Virus record (IMG/VR): IMGVR_UViG_3300046005_001569
Span: 1,729-65,728 of that record
Origin: a virus
Lineage: Duplodnaviria; Caudoviricetes
Length of the DNA stretch: 64,000 bases
Strand: one strand, 5' to 3'
The translations under genes were made by a program, and so were the position numbers. Under the pieces are notes generated by a model, which was given only the letters and a program-made list of their open reading frames with translations, was not told where the DNA came from and did not search any database. This document shows, piece after piece, positions 63,501 through 64,000 of this stretch (position 1 is its first letter; each line of letters opens with the position of its first letter).

Positions 63501-64000
63501 GCAGATTGCGGATTTTGGGGTAATGTTTCTGGCGTTTGCGATTCAACTGTATTTTCCACGCTCGTTGCGGCTTGATTGTCGCCCTCAACTTTTGAATCCA
63601 TTGCCGCAGTAGTCGCGCCCGTAGTTTCGGGGGCTTCGTTCCGTCCCAAAATCCCGTTAGTTCCAGCTCCCAAAGTGTCAGGCGCATTGCTTTTCTCATT
63701 CGTTATTTCCTCTGCGCTATCGGTGTAATCCCATTCACTGCCATCTTCTTCGGCAAAGTATTTATTGCCTTCGTCGTCGGTTTTTAATACTACTTTTTCG
63801 CCGCTTGGCAATTCGTGCGTCGGCACAAAGCCTGTATTACTCGCGCCATCAGTTTTGGTGTTTGTAATTTGTTCGGGCTGTGCGGTGGCTTGTGTGTCGT
63901 CTGTTTTTTGGGTGGTGCTTGGTACATCAGTGATTGAATTTCCCTGTCCATCTAGTTCGACCTGTGACGTTTCTCCCTCTCCTCCTCTCCTTTTCCCTAT
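51569..64000 (-). CDS. Giant DarB-like polyvalent protein (>4,140 aa, 5' end outside the window): DUF2958-like, N6-adenine methyltransferase, Strawberry-notch SF2 helicase, zincin-like peptidase, ART-like, MuF-C/PBECR-like, LPD38-like
   Basis: Frame has no stop from 63826 to 64000 (checked by hand). Motifs: HYFTGSQDWY..GYISL; QFSTPP/LEPSAGTG/MNPPF; GDNTGVGKGRE/DEAH/SATGA/QGFGRSHR; HEIGVH..EEA; WYHGT; IPDILANPV..IASVYG; IPVAYG..PT..P. Confidence 0.92.
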   Translation of the reverse strand: MGKRRGGEGETSQVELDGQGNSITDVPSTTQKTDDTQATAQPEQITNTKTDGASNTGFVPTHELPSGEKVVLKTDDEGNKYFAEEDGSEWDYTDSAEEITNEKSNAPDTLGAGTNGILGRNEAPETTGATTAAMDSKVEGDNQAATSVENTVESQTPETLPQNPQSAEQNATSTPILNTNGKPVTSFVAARGALKKQGLTETHTAVKQDDGSFVAVPNVQAAKNENSLPPKKSFTLDDLLEQQRAEAAQKNENSVPVQNSENSVAPEKFTTQVKNNTYTVADDAADEGVHTVRAKDGAILATFKVKNGKATGVKTTYKDGANKTDPLKAIKDFEKHLADKPVTQGVVGNTLTQNQLSLKEIYAESARVADEEYKDRDIKGDLKTFTQYETHKDNVRLDLLSKNYPNEVNEATAIYKDKEKTKISTSGSGRNGASRVSIPSLGYNSEEHNGGWYPSMNPRANSAIGDLAAFLIKTKNQHNQQQNTPVDTNLNVPLDSTQQAPSTKNNDLPASFSVTNQLGKTLRVTQKEDGLYGVEFSDGTALAPKSAESIKESLNSGSWTMADSKPVEKTPKNKQVADDVSKKDEKIDKLEKPADYGASNKYVTQSRADELRAKLKAKLGQLNSGIDPEMVAMGTELAVFHIEAGVRKFADLAQQLASDLDTSLDKLKPFLRSWYNGARDMLEDFGENVDDMDSPDTVKAELKKLFEAKADTEKNSTTEKEAPLKLEDLAIGDYVVAIRDRDIFGTEPLRVEHRNGVSNSIKVAGKGAHFDVSNFKLYKKEAEYLKEQSESKAAKDAATDTPETKSPTSDEVLSAVKAIRAFVPIHQIDTIGSATRGEEGLHFKNLIIDLAKQFNEMPKTYEQDGLGDKAVAHLHYFTGSQDWYITEKDKNTTQHQAFGYADFHDGFGEMGYISLVELATDNKVELDLHWTPKTIAEIKGKEEPTEKIARISNTSNTEQPKGDIPSVKLVGSLTMELGNKEGAIDKKTLHDLAKDAFGGTQAQGAYSTNDATDALEAAFNLHLQQTEGRSGKDWTKFDAHEAKIKVKELTKRIQALPTQTVRDAEKDNLQQFSTPPALSFVANWVANVTDKDTMLEPSAGTGDLAIWSKIAGAKILLNEISPRRLEILRALFPKAQLFKENGEQLNNVLPNDAIPTVVVMNPPFSSSATTSKNNTMNGAKHIEQALARLQDGGRLVAIVGNGMAADRPAFKNWWNDISKKYNVRANIGISGKEYAKYGTTFDNQILVFDKTGATTQPILTGKVESVAELPALLESIRNERQFTPAQQTGGKNSQSQQNTIQSENGNSGVNASDSSTGQKPNNDRRGGFNADNGLAESTDEETRNGNEDNGRKQGGANSSSDNKATNAGSGSSSGDIAGNTKQPANERQSDGSSEIDADVLKSINKQISKYNAAVDKQGNLTTLDGERVGYHAVINGDKSEVLKTSNGEHYGNNVVAWVKFSKELFTGIGTTNTSTNTNDKKDTLDISATENKSNDDFTDSIFSNYTPQKLHIAGAKPHPAQLVQSAAMAAVEPPTPTYSPTLPKEVITEGKLSIAQLEAVVYAGQAHSEILPNGERKGFFIGDNTGVGKGREISGVILDNMNQGKKKAVWVSFNEGLMNDAKRDYEGVGGNSDKIFFQGKTKPKDSIQAKDGILFTSYTTVASGSKQQANDLGQEKGQSRLEQIINWLGADFDGVIAFDEAHKMGNAEPIKGKRGTSKPSQQAIAGINLQKALPKARIVYVSATGATELSNLAYATRLGLWGEGTPFANSKDFIQKVSQGGIAAMELVSRDMKALGMYISRSISYDGVSYERLDAQMTPLQIDIYNELAKAWQTVLQNVNAALEKTGGAENGAAKSSAMSAFWGSQQRFFSQVITALQTPAVIDDIQKRLDNGEAVLVQIVNTNEATQERMVAQAKSDGTDLEDLDFTPREMLMSYIRNSFPVQAYQDMEDEGGNLHKVPVRDSNGNPVFDKEAIAMRDNLLNTLQQIRVPENPIDSIINAFGTDAVAEVTGRGRRFVQTRNDDGEIKVVEQKRSKTSSQADAKAYQDDKKKILIFSGAGGTGYSFHADNTAVNKRKRIHYIMQAGWKADAAVQGFGRSHRSNQAQPPHYVLPMTHLKAQKRFVSSIARRLDQLGAMTKGQRQTTSQGMFTAADNLESDYALEALHVLFKDMYVGRTQLNFHETATELGLNLFDSDGNFSESKIPTIPQFLNRLLSLTDTRQDQVFEEFEERINDAVEYAKQRGTYDEGVQTLKANSIKKTRDDVAHTDSKTGATTRYVELSVENDVNYSDWNQVKQTIDMLKKSNKYGGFYQLTRGVRAGQIILLSDNGTRLNAQGQEVHRGALYGIRQGSPSYIDSADILKQGFKNEWNATTKRVEKIEISKQIDEADAKAMWEAQIAAAPKTETKTERMIVGVILPIWDRLQGSEKIMRMQTDDGEQLLGRMVSAKDSAAILKNLGLDSSAAKLTPVEMLKQIRSGAKAVLANGWEIFTATVNGEKRIEIKPTKTSGFSTPEQAILKSQGVFHERIAWVDRFFIPTDNNDTFKRIVDSKPVVDLIGGKSKDEQLADFHAQSGRGARINPSKTQSNANAYTKESLESALKNAADSAFGKGWFNRLIATGKFKIIDSNEVKAFTSETGVQAFYHNGTTYFVADGIAAKTDLIGLLKHEIGVHALKMGKDDAGFQSILKQIEAMRGKNAAVDEAFAAAERAGTSAENMTEEALGYFVEKNPKHKLTDRIVAWFKKMIAKLTGNYQFDPAELHEMAREALRKAPDELIFNDPTDSEAIVKASKEGYKGKDAGEAKEWLNAVAKGLDMSHAARMQRAKDMGFDVEQKWYHGTSNKAFNEFSKHAQRQYEKRRTSGDESISFSSSPDFASRYANSVEGKENGTSHVLPVFIKTKNAFDFRNKKHLNEAAEWLMDYWKEHPTDANPKYDAHNKLELLKDLERGYWGIIEHDLKRKLDGTDFYEYRGFEGAYATEQDTLNFIAYQPENIRSIFAAFDPDEEDSANLLASKTTVSDIFKPIAEQAAKFKAALDKLMNNSLVSRPQPITVSEEPSYILKAVGVPNLPIIISKDTVLKATNLKKEGHDTPMSVIEKIPDILANPVMVLDSPSKDGGLIILSEYKDSSNRPVMISLHLDKQVNYVSVNRIASVYGRKDSSYFVNLAKNGNARYINEEKSRKWAQSERVQYPMGAFPKQGSKYNYITEKDLINSETVKFSKTQPSNDFEIPEETMPQKQQRLWQDMHNRWTTAINTIKAMGGKINESNNVYDALERMPHIAAERITDFKRETLNPLIERVARAKTNFDDIATLLYAMHAPERNAEMQKINPRFKNGNGSGMTDADAKLEIQKLKAKYGADYATFEAIAKDFQAITQQTAQLLEQSGAISSEEAARYKDTYKSYVPLKGFEVLDEKGNRGNGNGLGNSTAKKFGKRALGRESRAGQILENIIRDHERAIVWQGKAEVGAVVEKLINDNPDTIGTVQKIPLKPVAGKKLKFALVDAADGEEYAVVDSMDEAILRKDEIEHAMDGANVKIKKKLVTQVTSTPAPFDAETEIRFLRDGKEVRIQLNDDLLLQSYNRLGESNLNGVFAASAELNRYLRQMWTQKNPAFFLINPIRDIQTAAVVLTGEGGVKLAAKAMKNWRSSWATMARHATETESKLTAEERDILKRYRESGGSIGTAYISSLEKAGDDLHHALARHGGETFQSLIKAGEYKKAMQSAAFSVLNNRLFDLIEHLNTAFEGATRLATFKAAVDSGYSDMQAASLSSNVTVNFTKRGELGQQLGAMYLFANANIQGTANIFKTLTESNYKGQAWGIVGGIVTLSFMAAMMGGDDGEDDLVSDYEKERNISIDIGGGTRITIPVAYGWSFFKDIGRAFAQIANGGDAEKISKKLTSSFLGNFSPIGNPIPNGEFSSDNALVAFAPTVTKPFVMPTVNKGAFGTPLMPVSPFKPNQPDSEKIYRKTRGTGYEDIAKGLNSITGGDSATSGWIDVSPETIKNTINYIAGGAGRFLTDASALTTTPFNDEAFKLENTPIMKSFYKSESIDDYRRRFYAQSDDVTKVVEQLQAYKKERNATEFRELYAEKGKLIALNKQVTATKKQLQALRDREDIARANGSSTASIEAQERQLLARFNAMYAR

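Noticed and set aside
52137-63575. Many plus-strand ORFs of 60-206 aa within the giant gene
   Set aside because: Antisense shadows with no independent expression signals.
1-64000. tRNA/rRNA genes, IS elements, stop-codon reassignment
   Set aside because: No cloverleaf, rRNA or transposase recognised by eye; genes are intact and tightly packed under the standard code. A tRNAscan run would be needed to exclude tRNAs.

Overview
The window is almost the whole genome of an AT-rich, temperate, podovirus-type dsDNA phage. No flanking host genes are visible. The same very large gene appears cut at both window edges, which suggests a circular or permuted genome slightly longer than 64 kb. The early and middle region is lambdoid: SSB, a multi-domain antirepressor, RdgC, RecT/YqaJ, a repressor/Cro switch with five TATAC-N6-GTATA-type operators, an O-like initiator with internal iterons, nin-like genes and a Mor/C-family activator. 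The late genes comprise lysozyme and holin-like genes, TerS/TerL, a P22/933W-like portal, scaffold, an N4-gp56-type major capsid, adaptors, a 13.7-kb inverted fibre/coiled-coil block, and a >4,140-aa DarB-like polyvalent protein. No integrase is visible, but there is a type-Ib-like ParA cassette with a repeat array, so the prophage may be a plasmid. The main unannotated signals are five. (1) A 29-bp dyad occurs in four copies with a -10 box exactly 22 nt away in five positions; it defines a probable Mor-type late regulon with one bidirectional promoter. (2) Recurring GWGAK-loop hairpins sit at the starts of the portal, capsid and first fibre-block genes. (3) Adjacent Acb4-like and Tad2-like nucleotide-sponge genes have their own late promoter. 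(4) Two ~720-aa proteins have long 11-residue repeats and opposite charge patterns. (5) A consensus-promoter early operon has a candidate small HTH regulator that the ORF track missed. All family calls come from motif recognition by eye; no database search was run.
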